IMG/VR virus record: IMGVR_UViG_3300032007_000002 | Direction: 5' to 3' (one strand) | Length of the DNA: 64,000 bases | Origin: a virus | Taxonomy: Duplodnaviria > Heunggongvirae > Uroviricota > Caudoviricetes | Shown here: piece after piece, positions 38,280-48,966 of the stretch | How the letters are laid out: every line of letters begins with the position of its first letter | Numbering within the stretch: the first letter of the stretch is position 1 | Program-made: the position numbers and the translations under genes | Notes under the pieces: generated by a model | What the model saw: only the letters and a program-made list of their open reading frames with translations | Database searches by the model: none | What the model was told of the DNA's origin: nothing

Positions 38280-41200
38280 ATGGCAGTCATACCCGAAGCG
38301 CTGGTCAAGAAGGAAGCCGGCATCGAAATTCTCAACGACAGGAGCCGCCCGGGGACGGAAACCCTCTGGATGCTGATTGCAGTCCTGTCCAAGTCGGCTG
38401 TGTTTACCGGGACAAAGGGTACGCTTATGGACAAGTACCTTGCATATATCGGGGACCCGGAGACGGTAAATGCGACTTGCGTCGCCCAGTATAGGGTGAC
38501 ATCGACCCAGGTTGCCCAGGCATGTGAACATAAATTTACATTCAACCCAGCAAAGTTCTCGCTTGACCTCGGGGACAACTCATACGACTTGTTTGGTGTC
38601 CCGATGGATCCGCTTTTCTATGGCGCGGTTTTTGCCAACCGAAAGATGGTTGGCGTCATCGACGATACTGACCGCCGTCGCATCAAGCAGGCGTTTGTTG
38701 AAGCGTTGCCCATTGTTGGAAAACTTGCCAAGGTCAACCCGGCAGTGCTGCAACAGATTGGCCCGGCGGGTACGGTCAAGAAGTTTGGACCGATTACACG
38801 GGCGCTCTTCGCCGAAGACGGGACGGTTGACGCCGACATGATTGGTGAACTGTTCGAACTTTGCAATACGGGCGCAAGAACTCTTACCGGAAAGGATGAG
38901 GACGTCCCGGAGTTGGATGGTGCCCATCCCGAAGTGTTGGCAATCGCCAATAAGACGAGTGCGCTCAGTAAGTTCACGGATGACGAGTTCGAGTCATCGG
39001 TGTATGCTCGTTTGGGGGATGTTGCGGCAAGGAATGCCCGCCAGAAGATGCGGTCCGAATTGCAGACGGACAACAAGAAGCCGCAGTTCTTCGTGTTCAA
39101 GCAGGACATTGCGACGGCAAAGGAATATCTGGCCGAACAGGGGAAGCCCCATACCGAATTTGATGCAATCGGCATGCTTGCCGATACCAAGCGAACCGGT
39201 GACCGCAGGTTCCCGCGTTGGGGTGTGATATACCCGGCAAAGTGCATGATTTGCGGTTCGCGAAACCTAATCCTTGGTGACGCCGCGTCGAAGGTGGGCG
39301 GAAAGTGGGAAAACCTTTATTCTGACATTGCCAATTTGAACGATACTTCGGTTTTTGCGGAAGACCCGAAGAAGGGCGATAAAATACGCGCCGAAGTTTT
39401 GCGCGAACTGGTCCATAATGGACAGAAAGGCGAATCACTGGATTTAAGCACGGGGACGGAAACCATTACCGTGCGCCCGCCGTATGCGGTAACCTTTACC
39501 GGTCCTGATGCTGAAGCCAAGATAAATGGCGTCATGAAACTTTTGTATAACGTCGCTACAGGTATCAGGACCCCGCAGAAGACGGTTGCGACTGAGGAGA
39601 TGGCTGCAACCGGCAAGGAAGGCGACAGCATGACTGACTCCGTCGAATACCAGATGTCGAAGGCCATGGAACAAGGCGCGATCGAGAAGGGTAGTGACGA
39701 ACTGCGTGAAATCATCAATGTCCCGAACGAAAATAAGGTGTTTGATGCCGCGGTTCGTATCTTCAAGGAGTTCCCGGAGCTCCAGAAGACCGACGTGTTC
39801 CAGAAAAACAAGGACCTGTTCGCCAAGTATCGTGCCGGACAGCATGAACTTCATTCTACGGGCGCGAACAAGGACCTTCCGCTTGATGAAGATGAGATTG
39901 CTACGCTTGCGGCGGAAACTATTCATGCGATGATAGATAGCCGCGGTGCGGTAGTGACACGTTTCTTCGATCCGTCCAGGTTCCGCATTGTCGAACGTCT
40001 TGGCATTCCGTATATTGCGAACTGGGGGCTTACTGACCAGGGCGAGTATTTGATGCAGCAGTATACGGAAAAAATGAATGAACGTGAGGGGCAGTATGCC
40101 GGCAGCAAGTTTGACGGCGCCACTGTCAGGAACATGTTCCCGTACATGCTGTTGAGACGTCAGTTTGACGCGATGGGCAACAAATGGGCCAGCGGCGCAA
40201 TCAGGGACCTGGTTGCGTTTGAGAGCGACTTGAAGGATTTTCTCGTAAGCCGCCCGGAGCCGGTAGCTGATGCTAATTCGAAGACACTTGGCGAGTTCAA
40301 GGCATCGGTCATGAATGGCATCCAGGGAACGCCCAATGACGCGGCGAAGGCCTTGTCTGGCGAAATTCAGAAATTGAAGGCCCAGATTAACCTGGGTAAC
40401 CTTGGTGTGACCCTTGGTGATGCGTCGGAAGAAGTTATTTCGACCGAAGGTTATGACGAGCTCATGTGCACGCTGTTTGCGCACCAGTATCAGGACCAGG
40501 AGGCCCGCATAAAGTATTACCGCGGCCATTTGAGCGGCACCGGTGAGAAGAGCGGTATTTTGGACATGATGCAATGTTCTCATCTTAGCGAATTGGGTGA
40601 GAAGCTGATGCAGCGGAACCATGACTTGTTTGATGACATTGCGGTTGTCGCGCATGACAAGTATGAGGCAATGCTTGACGACAAGGTGGATGCCGCAAAA
40701 CGTAAGCAGCTCCGCATCGAAGCCGACAATGTCATCTTTGAAATGTTTGACATGGCGGTCGTGAATGCTGCCGTGAAGGGCATTGGTGCAATCATTGCCG
40801 CAATTTCCCCGGTCTTGCTGAACGGCGGGTCTATTCCGCTGGTCGGCATTGTGTCGTCGGCGGAATTTGGCCATACTTTTGACATTGCCGTCAAGTATGT
40901 TACCAGCCCTGAGCCGGAAACATTGACGATGGGTCCGATTGGGTTACTGCTTGACAGTTTCCTCGGCAAGTATTATGATTTCGGTGACAGTGTTGTTGCC
41001 GCGATTGGTAACCCGTTGAAGGAAGGCGATTACGAAGGGCTTGGCGAAGTCCTGCGGCATATCTATTTGACTGACCGAGACGTGGGAGAAATGTCCATTA
41101 TCACTATCCCTGGCCTGCGTCCTACTCCGAAACCGATACCGACTGGTAAACTCAATACCGAGGTGCGCAACATTGACCGCGCTGGGGATCGTGCTGGCAG

Positions 41201-41561
41201 TATTCGTAATGCACATGACGACAAGTGGCTTGCCTCTGTGATGCCGAATGATGAAGATGACGGGGACCTGCTTAAGCAGATCCGTCAGATGAAGGCCGAA
41301 CGAGCACTCGCACTTCAAAAGAAGAACGGCACCCAGCCTGCTGCCGAGCAGAAACCGGCCGAAACCGAGACCAAGGCCAAGGAAGCGCCGGAACAGACGC
41401 CGGAAAACATTGACTGGTCTACCACGATGTCGGATGTTGCTGCCCATGCAAACGATCGTGCCGTCGATGATGAGCAGACGCCAGATGCTGCCGAAGGCTA
41501 CAACTATGCCGAAACGTTCGATGACGGGTATAGTGAAGACGAACCTACGCGTGATTTCTAA
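38280..41561 (+). CDS. Large hypothetical late protein, 1093 aa
   Basis: Long ORF with TATAAACT upstream, a CMICG knuckle and an acidic tail. Confidence 0.85.
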   Translation: MAVIPEALVKKEAGIEILNDRSRPGTETLWMLIAVLSKSAVFTGTKGTLMDKYLAYIGDPETVNATCVAQYRVTSTQVAQACEHKFTFNPAKFSLDLGDNSYDLFGVPMDPLFYGAVFANRKMVGVIDDTDRRRIKQAFVEALPIVGKLAKVNPAVLQQIGPAGTVKKFGPITRALFAEDGTVDADMIGELFELCNTGARTLTGKDEDVPELDGAHPEVLAIANKTSALSKFTDDEFESSVYARLGDVAARNARQKMRSELQTDNKKPQFFVFKQDIATAKEYLAEQGKPHTEFDAIGMLADTKRTGDRRFPRWGVIYPAKCMICGSRNLILGDAASKVGGKWENLYSDIANLNDTSVFAEDPKKGDKIRAEVLRELVHNGQKGESLDLSTGTETITVRPPYAVTFTGPDAEAKINGVMKLLYNVATGIRTPQKTVATEEMAATGKEGDSMTDSVEYQMSKAMEQGAIEKGSDELREIINVPNENKVFDAAVRIFKEFPELQKTDVFQKNKDLFAKYRAGQHELHSTGANKDLPLDEDEIATLAAETIHAMIDSRGAVVTRFFDPSRFRIVERLGIPYIANWGLTDQGEYLMQQYTEKMNEREGQYAGSKFDGATVRNMFPYMLLRRQFDAMGNKWASGAIRDLVAFESDLKDFLVSRPEPVADANSKTLGEFKASVMNGIQGTPNDAAKALSGEIQKLKAQINLGNLGVTLGDASEEVISTEGYDELMCTLFAHQYQDQEARIKYYRGHLSGTGEKSGILDMMQCSHLSELGEKLMQRNHDLFDDIAVVAHDKYEAMLDDKVDAAKRKQLRIEADNVIFEMFDMAVVNAAVKGIGAIIAAISPVLLNGGSIPLVGIVSSAEFGHTFDIAVKYVTSPEPETLTMGPIGLLLDSFLGKYYDFGDSVVAAIGNPLKEGDYEGLGEVLRHIYLTDRDVGEMSIITIPGLRPTPKPIPTGKLNTEVRNIDRAGDRAGSIRNAHDDKWLASVMPNDEDDGDLLKQIRQMKAERALALQKKNGTQPAAEQKPAETETKAKEAPEQTPENIDWSTTMSDVAAHANDRAVDDEQTPDAAEGYNYAETFDDGYSEDEPTRDF

Positions 41562-41564
41562 GGA

Positions 41565-43862
41565 ATGGCTATGGCCGAATACGTTAAGCTGACAGTCAAC
41601 AATAGCGAGCACCGGGGTGACGACTACTACGTCAAGCTCACCCTGGCCAACGCCGATGCGGATGCCGAATACCGCGCCCGGACGTTCTTCTACTTCTCCG
41701 GGATGAACGGGTATTCCGGCAAGGCCGGTTACGGGCTATTTGGTAGTTTCGGTAACGGGTCCTATGTCCGCTATGACGACTGGGACAGCTCGTTCAGGCC
41801 ACCGCGTTCCGATGCGGACGCGTTCAATAACGAAGTCATCGTCGGGTTTGTCGGCGGTGTCGCCGAGCTTACCCTTTCCGGCAAGACCGAGAAGGGCGAG
41901 ACCGTGCCGCTGGACGATACGCTTTCCGGCCATTCCGTCGGGGACACTGTTACGCAGTTCCTCGTGGAGAAGCTGGACCATTCTGTCCCGATACTGTCCG
42001 TGTCTAGCGCGGGCGGCATCGTCACCGTCGTGACCGAGGGGCCCCATGCTTTCGATGACGGCGATGCGATTAGCATTTACGGCATCCCGGAAGGGGACAC
42101 TTCCGACCACCTCATGGGTGTTTCGGGAGAGCGCTACATGGGAACCTTCCGCGTGTCGGTCAACCCGGCAACGCCGAACCGGTTCACATACACGACTGGC
42201 CACTATTCCAATCCGGCAGCGCCTTATTCCGCTCTGGCCTCGGCTACGGCATCCAAGTGGACGCCGTGTACCTACGCGTTCCAGAACGCCACGATTGAGC
42301 CGGGCGACGACGACGTGTCCGTCGAGGTGTCTGGGCTGGGCAGGTCTGTCCGCGAAGGCGACTATGTCATGCTCACCGACTATAACGGCAGCCCGATACT
42401 TGACGTATGCGTTGCCGTGAAGCAGGTGGTTACCGTCGACAAGGTCGTCTTGGACTGCCCGCCGAGCATCGGTTCCGGTAGCGGCTACGGGATCCGTTTC
42501 TGTGGTTCCGCCCCGTCCCGTGCGATACCGGTGAACTGGCCCGCCTATGCGCTGGCCATACTGGAAAACTCTACCGTCTATGACCACACCGTGAACACGG
42601 TCAAGGTAGTCCCTACGAGGGACTCCGCGTTTTCCGCTACCGGCGGGACTGCGCGTGGCAAGGACACCGAGCTCGAAGTGTCTTCGAATTCCGTTGCCGT
42701 CTTCGGTTTTACGCCTCCGCTTGCGCTTGCCACTGACGATGCGGGTGCGGTTCTCAACCTGTTCGTTACCGGCATGACCAGTAGCCAGGGTACGCTCGTC
42801 ATTTACCAGATGAAGTCGTCCGGGTGGGAATACTCCATGCCGCTCGACACCGTGAAGGGCCTCATCAGCGACGTTCCCATCGCGAGCGCGGACATAAGGA
42901 ACCCAGGACTTGACGGGGGACCCGACACTTACATTTCTGTCCAGATACCCGGATCGGTTATCCGCAGGTGGATGACCGAGAGCAACCGTTACCCGATGGA
43001 TTTTGCCGTCATGTATGTGGGCACCGGGAAGGCCTATGTCCTTTCGTCGGAGTCCGAACATCCGCCATACATGGACATCAGCGGTGGTGCGAAGGCTGTC
43101 GAGGACCCGGAACTTTTCGCGATTGCCCCGCAGGTTCCGCATGCCGCGCCGGGCTCCCTTGTCCGGTTCACCGTCCAGGATGGGGCGGAGATTGACGACA
43201 GCGTGTTCTCCGATACGTTCTGGTTCGTGAGCCAGCGCGGGGAACGCCCGGAGACCGAGGCGTTCATCGTTTCCGGCTCCAACAAGTATATCGACGTGAT
43301 TGTCCCGGACGGGCTGAACGGCGACTACGTTGCCGTGCTGCGCGGGAAGCGTGCGGACGGTTCCGAGATTGACCTTACCGACGACACATGCCGTTTCTAT
43401 GTTGACGGCAACCCGCAGATGCGCGTGGTCAAGCTGGCCGACAAGATTGCCCCGGGCACGATCGGTTCCAGCAAGGTCGGCATCCGCGGCATATACACCA
43501 GGGACTTCGCGTTCGACGGGTTTGTCGACATTACCGACGGTAACTCGCTCATCCAGAACGTGTACAGCATCCTGCTCACGCGCAGGGGCGAGCGACTGTT
43601 CATGCCGTCCTTCGGGACGACCCTGGAAGACAAGATTTTCGACCTCCTCATGGACGGCGAGGAAGACGACATCCTTGCCGAGTGCATCGGGGAACTCCGC
43701 GAGCACGAACCGAGGGTCGAGGTCTCTATGCCCGACTCGTCCGTCGTCGTTGACGAGGGCGGTAACGGCATGGTCATTACGCTCGGTCTGATAATGCCCA
43801 CCGGCGTCCGGCAGGTCATCAGGCTTCCGTTCAAGCAGAGGGGAACCGGATGGCGCGGCTAG
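41565..43862 (+). CDS. Multidomain baseplate protein with a C-terminal gp25/GPW wedge domain
   Basis: SLIQNVYSILLTRRGERLFMPSFGTTL...HEPRV is the gp25 signature; the N-terminal ~640 aa are beta-rich. Confidence 0.85.
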   Translation: MAMAEYVKLTVNNSEHRGDDYYVKLTLANADADAEYRARTFFYFSGMNGYSGKAGYGLFGSFGNGSYVRYDDWDSSFRPPRSDADAFNNEVIVGFVGGVAELTLSGKTEKGETVPLDDTLSGHSVGDTVTQFLVEKLDHSVPILSVSSAGGIVTVVTEGPHAFDDGDAISIYGIPEGDTSDHLMGVSGERYMGTFRVSVNPATPNRFTYTTGHYSNPAAPYSALASATASKWTPCTYAFQNATIEPGDDDVSVEVSGLGRSVREGDYVMLTDYNGSPILDVCVAVKQVVTVDKVVLDCPPSIGSGSGYGIRFCGSAPSRAIPVNWPAYALAILENSTVYDHTVNTVKVVPTRDSAFSATGGTARGKDTELEVSSNSVAVFGFTPPLALATDDAGAVLNLFVTGMTSSQGTLVIYQMKSSGWEYSMPLDTVKGLISDVPIASADIRNPGLDGGPDTYISVQIPGSVIRRWMTESNRYPMDFAVMYVGTGKAYVLSSESEHPPYMDISGGAKAVEDPELFAIAPQVPHAAPGSLVRFTVQDGAEIDDSVFSDTFWFVSQRGERPETEAFIVSGSNKYIDVIVPDGLNGDYVAVLRGKRADGSEIDLTDDTCRFYVDGNPQMRVVKLADKIAPGTIGSSKVGIRGIYTRDFAFDGFVDITDGNSLIQNVYSILLTRRGERLFMPSFGTTLEDKIFDLLMDGEEDDILAECIGELREHEPRVEVSMPDSSVVVDEGGNGMVITLGLIMPTGVRQVIRLPFKQRGTGWRG

Positions 43863-44767
43863 TACAGAGGGTCGGGTCGTTCTACATCGTCTACATGGAC
43901 GGTGCCTCGACCGGCTGGCGGAAAGTCGCCGAGGAGTTCGGCATGATCCGTGGTGGCGAGCCGCTGTCGTCTACCGTAATCCGCGAAGGGTTTTCCATGG
44001 TGAACGAGTATGGCGAGACCATGACGGGTACCCGGGTTACCGGGCGTTCCGTTGACATGGTCATTACCGAGGCGTCGGTCACCGGCGTGGTCGGCCGTAG
44101 CTCGGACCTCGTATCCATGCTGAACCATTTCCCGTCGAGTTCCTTCAAGCTGGGCGGGAAGACATTTTTCGGAAAGTACAGGACGGGCAACAGCCCGGGA
44201 CAGATGGTCTATGACCGGAACGGGACGTCGTTCCGCGTCGGCGTTGACGCATACCCGGACGTGGAGGCGATAAACGGCCTCGCATCCCGTCTTTCCGATG
44301 ATAACGGGCACATCTTCACTCCCGTTATCGCAAGGTACGTCTATACTGCCAGGGAGATGCCGAAGAACATGAAGGCTGTCGGCTATTTCGACCTGCGGAA
44401 CTATCTGCAGCTGGTACGTTCCGACATGAGCCGGCTGTTCATCGACAGGTCCGGGACTGACACCGACCTCGCTCTCGCGCTGCCGACTGGCCGCAAGCTG
44501 GGGGTCCGGGTGGTGTCCGCGGTGGGCGGGCGCATCGACATAGAGATATTTGGGCACACTGGCGTCATGGAGACCGGCGGGGCGAAGAATTACCGCCCGA
44601 TGGTAGTCCTGACGCTGGAACCGCTTCGCATCCGGGAGATGCGGTTCCCTATCCAGAAGGTGACGTTTGGCAAGACGACGGTCTTCATGACCCCGATAAT
44701 GTCGCTTTCGGGCGCCTGGGAGAGTTTGCATGGCGGAATTGACCTGTTGGCTCCTCCGGGCAAATAA
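43850..44767 (+). CDS. Hypothetical protein, 305 aa
   Basis: Overlaps the end of the gp25-fusion gene. Confidence 0.7.
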   Translation: MARLVQRVGSFYIVYMDGASTGWRKVAEEFGMIRGGEPLSSTVIREGFSMVNEYGETMTGTRVTGRSVDMVITEASVTGVVGRSSDLVSMLNHFPSSSFKLGGKTFFGKYRTGNSPGQMVYDRNGTSFRVGVDAYPDVEAINGLASRLSDDNGHIFTPVIARYVYTAREMPKNMKAVGYFDLRNYLQLVRSDMSRLFIDRSGTDTDLALALPTGRKLGVRVVSAVGGRIDIEIFGHTGVMETGGAKNYRPMVVLTLEPLRIREMRFPIQKVTFGKTTVFMTPIMSLSGAWESLHGGIDLLAPPGK

Positions 44768-44855
44768 ATGGCAGTTCCGGCCTTGGATTCCCGAGTTCAA
44801 AATGGTATTTTTAGTAAAAACAAGTCCAAACACTGTATCACGGAGATAACAAGAT

Positions 44856-46109
44856 ATGGCAAAGAAAGCTGCTACTGTCGCAGACGATAACTTTTCGTTC
44901 TGCCGCGGAATGAAGACACACGACCGGTATGTTGACGCCAAGGTTGACCACCCGGACTTCGGTTTCCTCGACACGGGTTCCTACGCCCTCAACGCACTCA
45001 TGTGCGGTGACATTTACGGCGGTTACCCGAAAAACGCCTTCATCATGGCTGCCGGTAAGAAGGGTACCGGTAAGTCCGTTCTCGGCAAGAACACCTTCAT
45101 CCGTCCGCTGATGAAGGAAGGTTACTACGCTTTCCACTACGACACGGAAAACGAAGGCATGAACGAGCGTAAGCTCATCGAGGAGAACGGCTACATAGAA
45201 GGCCAGTTCTCGCTCATCAAGGAAGCTACTACGGTCGAACAGCTGTTCATTTCCGTTTCCGGTCTTCTTGACCAGCTCGAAAAGGACCGCGGCGATGCAG
45301 TCGAAGTGAAGCGCAAGGTCTGCATCATCATCGACTCCCAGGGTCAGCTTTCTACCAGCCAGAGCCTTGCCCACGCAAAGAAGGAAAATATTACAGCCGA
45401 CCAGACCAAGGCCAAGCGTCTCAACGAAATGTATCGCGGTATCGTGAACCGTTGCGGCAACCTCGGCATCCCGGTGTTCGTCACGAACCACGTCTATGCC
45501 CAGATTGGCCAGATGTTCGGCGACCCGACCACCATTGCCGGTGGCGAAGGCGGCCAGCACTCCCCGTCCATCATCATGCTCATGCGCAAGACTTACGAAA
45601 AGTTCGAAAACGGCGTTATCCAGGGCGTGGTGTTCATTGCGAAGATTATCAAGAGTCGTTTTGTCCGCGACAAGCTCGAAGTGCCTATCTACCTCGACTA
45701 CAAGCACGGCCTTGACCGTTACTACGGCTTGCAGCGCTTCGCCGAATCTGCCGGGCTCCTCGTCGAATACAAGAAGAAGGACTTCCCGGATCTTGAACCG
45801 GCCCGCGATGCGAACGGCCAGGTTGTTCGCAAGAAGTGCTATGTCCTGAAGGACCCGAACCGCGACCCGAAGACCTGGCTCGTCGTTCCCGAGACGAAGC
45901 TCCGTCGCAAGGAAACGATTGGCACAATCCTCGATCCTATTAACCAGTGGGTCAAGGAGAACTTCAAGTACACGGCCCCGACCCTCTGGACCGGCGAGTT
46001 CAATGCCGACGAGGACTATATCCCCACCGACGCCGACAAGATGTCCGTCGATGACGATTACGCCCCGGCAGAACCGCCCATGGAACAGTCGGGTGACTCC
46101 GAAGAATAG
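44856..46109 (+). CDS. uvsX: UvsX/RecA-like recombinase
   Basis: DTGSYALNAL, GKKGTGKS, YDTE, IIIDS, TNHVY, GGEG, KSRF, GLDRYYGL. Confidence 0.95.
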   Translation: MAKKAATVADDNFSFCRGMKTHDRYVDAKVDHPDFGFLDTGSYALNALMCGDIYGGYPKNAFIMAAGKKGTGKSVLGKNTFIRPLMKEGYYAFHYDTENEGMNERKLIEENGYIEGQFSLIKEATTVEQLFISVSGLLDQLEKDRGDAVEVKRKVCIIIDSQGQLSTSQSLAHAKKENITADQTKAKRLNEMYRGIVNRCGNLGIPVFVTNHVYAQIGQMFGDPTTIAGGEGGQHSPSIIMLMRKTYEKFENGVIQGVVFIAKIIKSRFVRDKLEVPIYLDYKHGLDRYYGLQRFAESAGLLVEYKKKDFPDLEPARDANGQVVRKKCYVLKDPNRDPKTWLVVPETKLRRKETIGTILDPINQWVKENFKYTAPTLWTGEFNADEDYIPTDADKMSVDDDYAPAEPPMEQSGDSEE

Positions 46110-46111
46110 CT

Positions 46112-46124
46112 TTTTGCTATATTT
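46112..46124 (+). promoter_or_regulatory. Class 1 promoter TTTTGCTATATTT
   Basis: Exact recurring motif upstream of the helicase gene. Confidence 0.75.
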
Positions 46125-46188
46125 CTGTGGAGTTGAAATCGGGCGGTCCTTTCGGGGCCGTCCGGTTATACCGTAAAGAGATACAAAG

Positions 46189-47715
46189 ATGCCAGACGTT
46201 TTTCAACCGCAGGTCCTGGATTTTGGTCGCGAGGAACTCATATTGCAGACGTTCTTTGCGCGGCCTACCGTTGCCAGGGCGATGTTGCCGATTCTTGATG
46301 TGGGCTTGTTCGACAATAACGGGAACAAGTCGCTTGTCAAGCTAATCCGCACGTTTATCAAGAAGTACAATAAGCTCCCGAACTCACAGGAAATTTACAC
46401 GAGCCTGGAACCGGTCGGGATAGGGGGCGAGGTCAGGGACAGGTTGAAGTTCATCTGCGGGTCTCCCCTGCAGAAGATGGACGACAAGTATTGTTCCGAC
46501 ATGATTGAGAGTTTTTACCGGGAAAAGAAATTCCACGGGATTTTGGTCAAGCAGGCGGAGCACTGGCACAACCACGAGATGGATGCCGTCCGGGCGATGA
46601 TACCGGAAGTCCAGCGTGTCCTCGCGTTCTCGCTTTCCACCAACATCGGCCAGGAGTTCATCCAGGATGCTGTCGAGATGATGCGGCGCCTGAACAACCC
46701 GGAAGAAAGTATTCCGACCAGGATTTCCGCGCTTTCGATTTTCACAAACCAGAACCGTGACCCGGGCAAGTTCCACGGCGGGTATTACCGCGCAGCGGTT
46801 TCCCTTATTTTCGGCCAGCCCAACAAGGGTAAGACCCTTTGCATGGTGTCGGAAGGCGCCTTTGCAATCGAGAACGGCTACAACGTGGTCTATATCACCC
46901 TCGAAATGGGCGAGGAGAAAATCTGGAACCGTCTTGCCGCGAACGTTACCGGCAAGCCGCACTGGGAGTTCTTCGGCCGCAACGAGGAAGAGGTTGCACA
47001 GGAACTCAACGACTATGCGACGATGGTCAGCGCGAAGATCGGGAAGCCCTACGGGATGTTCCGCATCCTCGACTTGCCGACCACGACTACGCCGGAAGAG
47101 ATTAACACGTACCTCGACGAAATCGAGGCGGCTACCGGACGCAAGGTCGATCTGCTTATCGTTGACTACCTCGGTATCGCGAAACCGAACAAGGGTGGCG
47201 CCAACGGGAACAACATGTTCCAGGATGGCGTGGAAAAGTGCGAACAGCTCCGCGACATCGCGAAGAAACGCCGCATCGCGGTGCTTTCCGCGGTCCAGTT
47301 CAATAGGACGGGCTACCACAACATCTTCGCGGGCATGGAGAACGTGGAAGGTTCCAGCGGCTACAACAACACCGCCGACCTTATCTACTCGCTCACCAGC
47401 AACGACGCGATGAACGAGAACTGCTTCCGCATGAACATCATCCTGAAAAGCCGTTTCGGACCGGCGGGCAAGTCCTTCTCCACGAAGTGCGACTTCACCA
47501 CCATGCGGTGGCAGGCTACTACGCCGGAGGAAGAGGAGCAGTGGCAGGTACTCGTGAAGCAGGAAATGGAAGAGCAGCGTGCGCTTCGCGCCGGTGGCGG
47601 TGGGGGCAAGCGCGTCCCGGTGGATCCGTCCATCGAGCAGGTGTCCCCGGGTTCTACCGGAAACCTCCGTCCCGGAACTTCCAACAACTTGCTTACCGGC
47701 AGAAAGGCGTCGTAA
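46189..47715 (+). CDS. Replicative DnaB-family helicase (gp41-like)
   Basis: GQPNKGKT, YITLEMGE, IVDYL, SAVQFNR, TADL, LKSRFG. Confidence 0.93.
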   Translation: MPDVFQPQVLDFGREELILQTFFARPTVARAMLPILDVGLFDNNGNKSLVKLIRTFIKKYNKLPNSQEIYTSLEPVGIGGEVRDRLKFICGSPLQKMDDKYCSDMIESFYREKKFHGILVKQAEHWHNHEMDAVRAMIPEVQRVLAFSLSTNIGQEFIQDAVEMMRRLNNPEESIPTRISALSIFTNQNRDPGKFHGGYYRAAVSLIFGQPNKGKTLCMVSEGAFAIENGYNVVYITLEMGEEKIWNRLAANVTGKPHWEFFGRNEEEVAQELNDYATMVSAKIGKPYGMFRILDLPTTTTPEEINTYLDEIEAATGRKVDLLIVDYLGIAKPNKGGANGNNMFQDGVEKCEQLRDIAKKRRIAVLSAVQFNRTGYHNIFAGMENVEGSSGYNNTADLIYSLTSNDAMNENCFRMNIILKSRFGPAGKSFSTKCDFTTMRWQATTPEEEEQWQVLVKQEMEEQRALRAGGGGGKRVPVDPSIEQVSPGSTGNLRPGTSNNLLTGRKAS

Positions 47716-47748
47716 ATAACCTAGTTTTCCTCGTGGAGGCTAGTTATT

Positions 47749-48507
47749 ATGCGCATCGCCGGTATAGACCCTTCGATTTTTTCGACGGGCATGGTAATAA
47801 TGGACCTCGACGACAAGCTCGAGGTCTCTTCTATTAAGTTCCGCGGCTATACTACAATCGAGAAGTATGCCATCGAGGAGGACAATGTGAAGATTACCCA
47901 CATTGCCCCTGCGCTGAAATATGACAAGATGTCGATGCCGCACCGTATGTCGCTCGCCTATCCGCTCATTACGGAAGCCATGGAGGGTGTCCAGTATGCG
48001 GGCATCGAGGACTATGCGTATTCCAAGTTGAAGAAGGGTTCCGGCTCCATTGTCCAGGTCTGCGAGTTTTGCGGCGGTGTCCGCTATGCGCTGTTCCAGG
48101 CCGGGATTGGCTATCTCAATTATGGCATTCGCCAAATCAAGCGCTATGCTACCGGCAAGGGTTCTAACGAGGACGACGAGAAGATGCCGATGTGCCTGGC
48201 CTTCAAGGCGAGGTTCCCGCAATACTATCCGTCCGCGGTCTTCGACAAGCTGCGCCAGTTCGAGTCCCCGATGGCCGACTTGTGCGATGCGTTCTGGATG
48301 TGCGAAATTCTCCACCAGCACCTGCGCTACGAGCAATTTGGGGAGGAGGCCCTTTCCGAGGCCGACCTCCTGTTCCTGACCACGACGACTACTGCCGGGG
48401 CATCTTCGCTGGCGGATTCCTCGATTATAATGAAGGGCGTCGAATACGACCGCCCGAAGCGCAAGCCCAGGAAGCGCAAGAAGGCGAAAACGGGCCCGAA
48501 AACCTAG
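47749..48507 (+). CDS. RuvC-like Holliday junction resolvase
   Basis: IAGIDPS..STG, IEDYAY, IKRYATGKG, DLCDAF. Confidence 0.85.
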   Translation: MRIAGIDPSIFSTGMVIMDLDDKLEVSSIKFRGYTTIEKYAIEEDNVKITHIAPALKYDKMSMPHRMSLAYPLITEAMEGVQYAGIEDYAYSKLKKGSGSIVQVCEFCGGVRYALFQAGIGYLNYGIRQIKRYATGKGSNEDDEKMPMCLAFKARFPQYYPSAVFDKLRQFESPMADLCDAFWMCEILHQHLRYEQFGEEALSEADLLFLTTTTTAGASSLADSSIIMKGVEYDRPKRKPRKRKKAKTGPKT

Positions 48508-48537
48508 TTTCCGGCAGGAAAGTATAACGAGGCCTGT

Positions 48538-48966
48538 ATGTTCAGGACACCCGACGGGAAGAAGATTGCGGATGCGACTTCTGAACAGATTTTCAACGAG
48601 ATTAACGAATCCCTGAAAAAACCGCGGTACGAAGGCGACGCATGTATCGTCCTTACCATGCCTGCGAACCTTATCGCCAAGGCGGCCGAGAAGTTCAACG
48701 CAGCCATTTACGAGGCGTACCGCGACCTCGAAGACGAGAAGACTGGGATGACGCGCATCCTTGTCGCCATCGAACAGTATGTCGAGGTCGAGCGCTTGGC
48801 GCTCATGCTTGACAATGACATCAAGCTGATTCTCGCGAAGGAACACAATATCAAGGCAGACGAGGACGACATCGAGAACGCCAAGGCACACGCGGCGGAC
48901 GTGCTGTCCCACGAAGAGACCGAGACGGGCGAAGCCCCGGCCGGTATGGAGGATTTCAATGAGTAA
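48538..48966 (+). CDS. Hypothetical protein; weak resemblance to late transcription coactivator gp33
   Basis: VEVERLALMLDNDIKLILAKE helix pattern and position upstream of gp32; the function call is weak. Confidence 0.45.
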   Translation: MFRTPDGKKIADATSEQIFNEINESLKKPRYEGDACIVLTMPANLIAKAAEKFNAAIYEAYRDLEDEKTGMTRILVAIEQYVEVERLALMLDNDIKLILAKEHNIKADEDDIENAKAHAADVLSHEETETGEAPAGMEDFNE

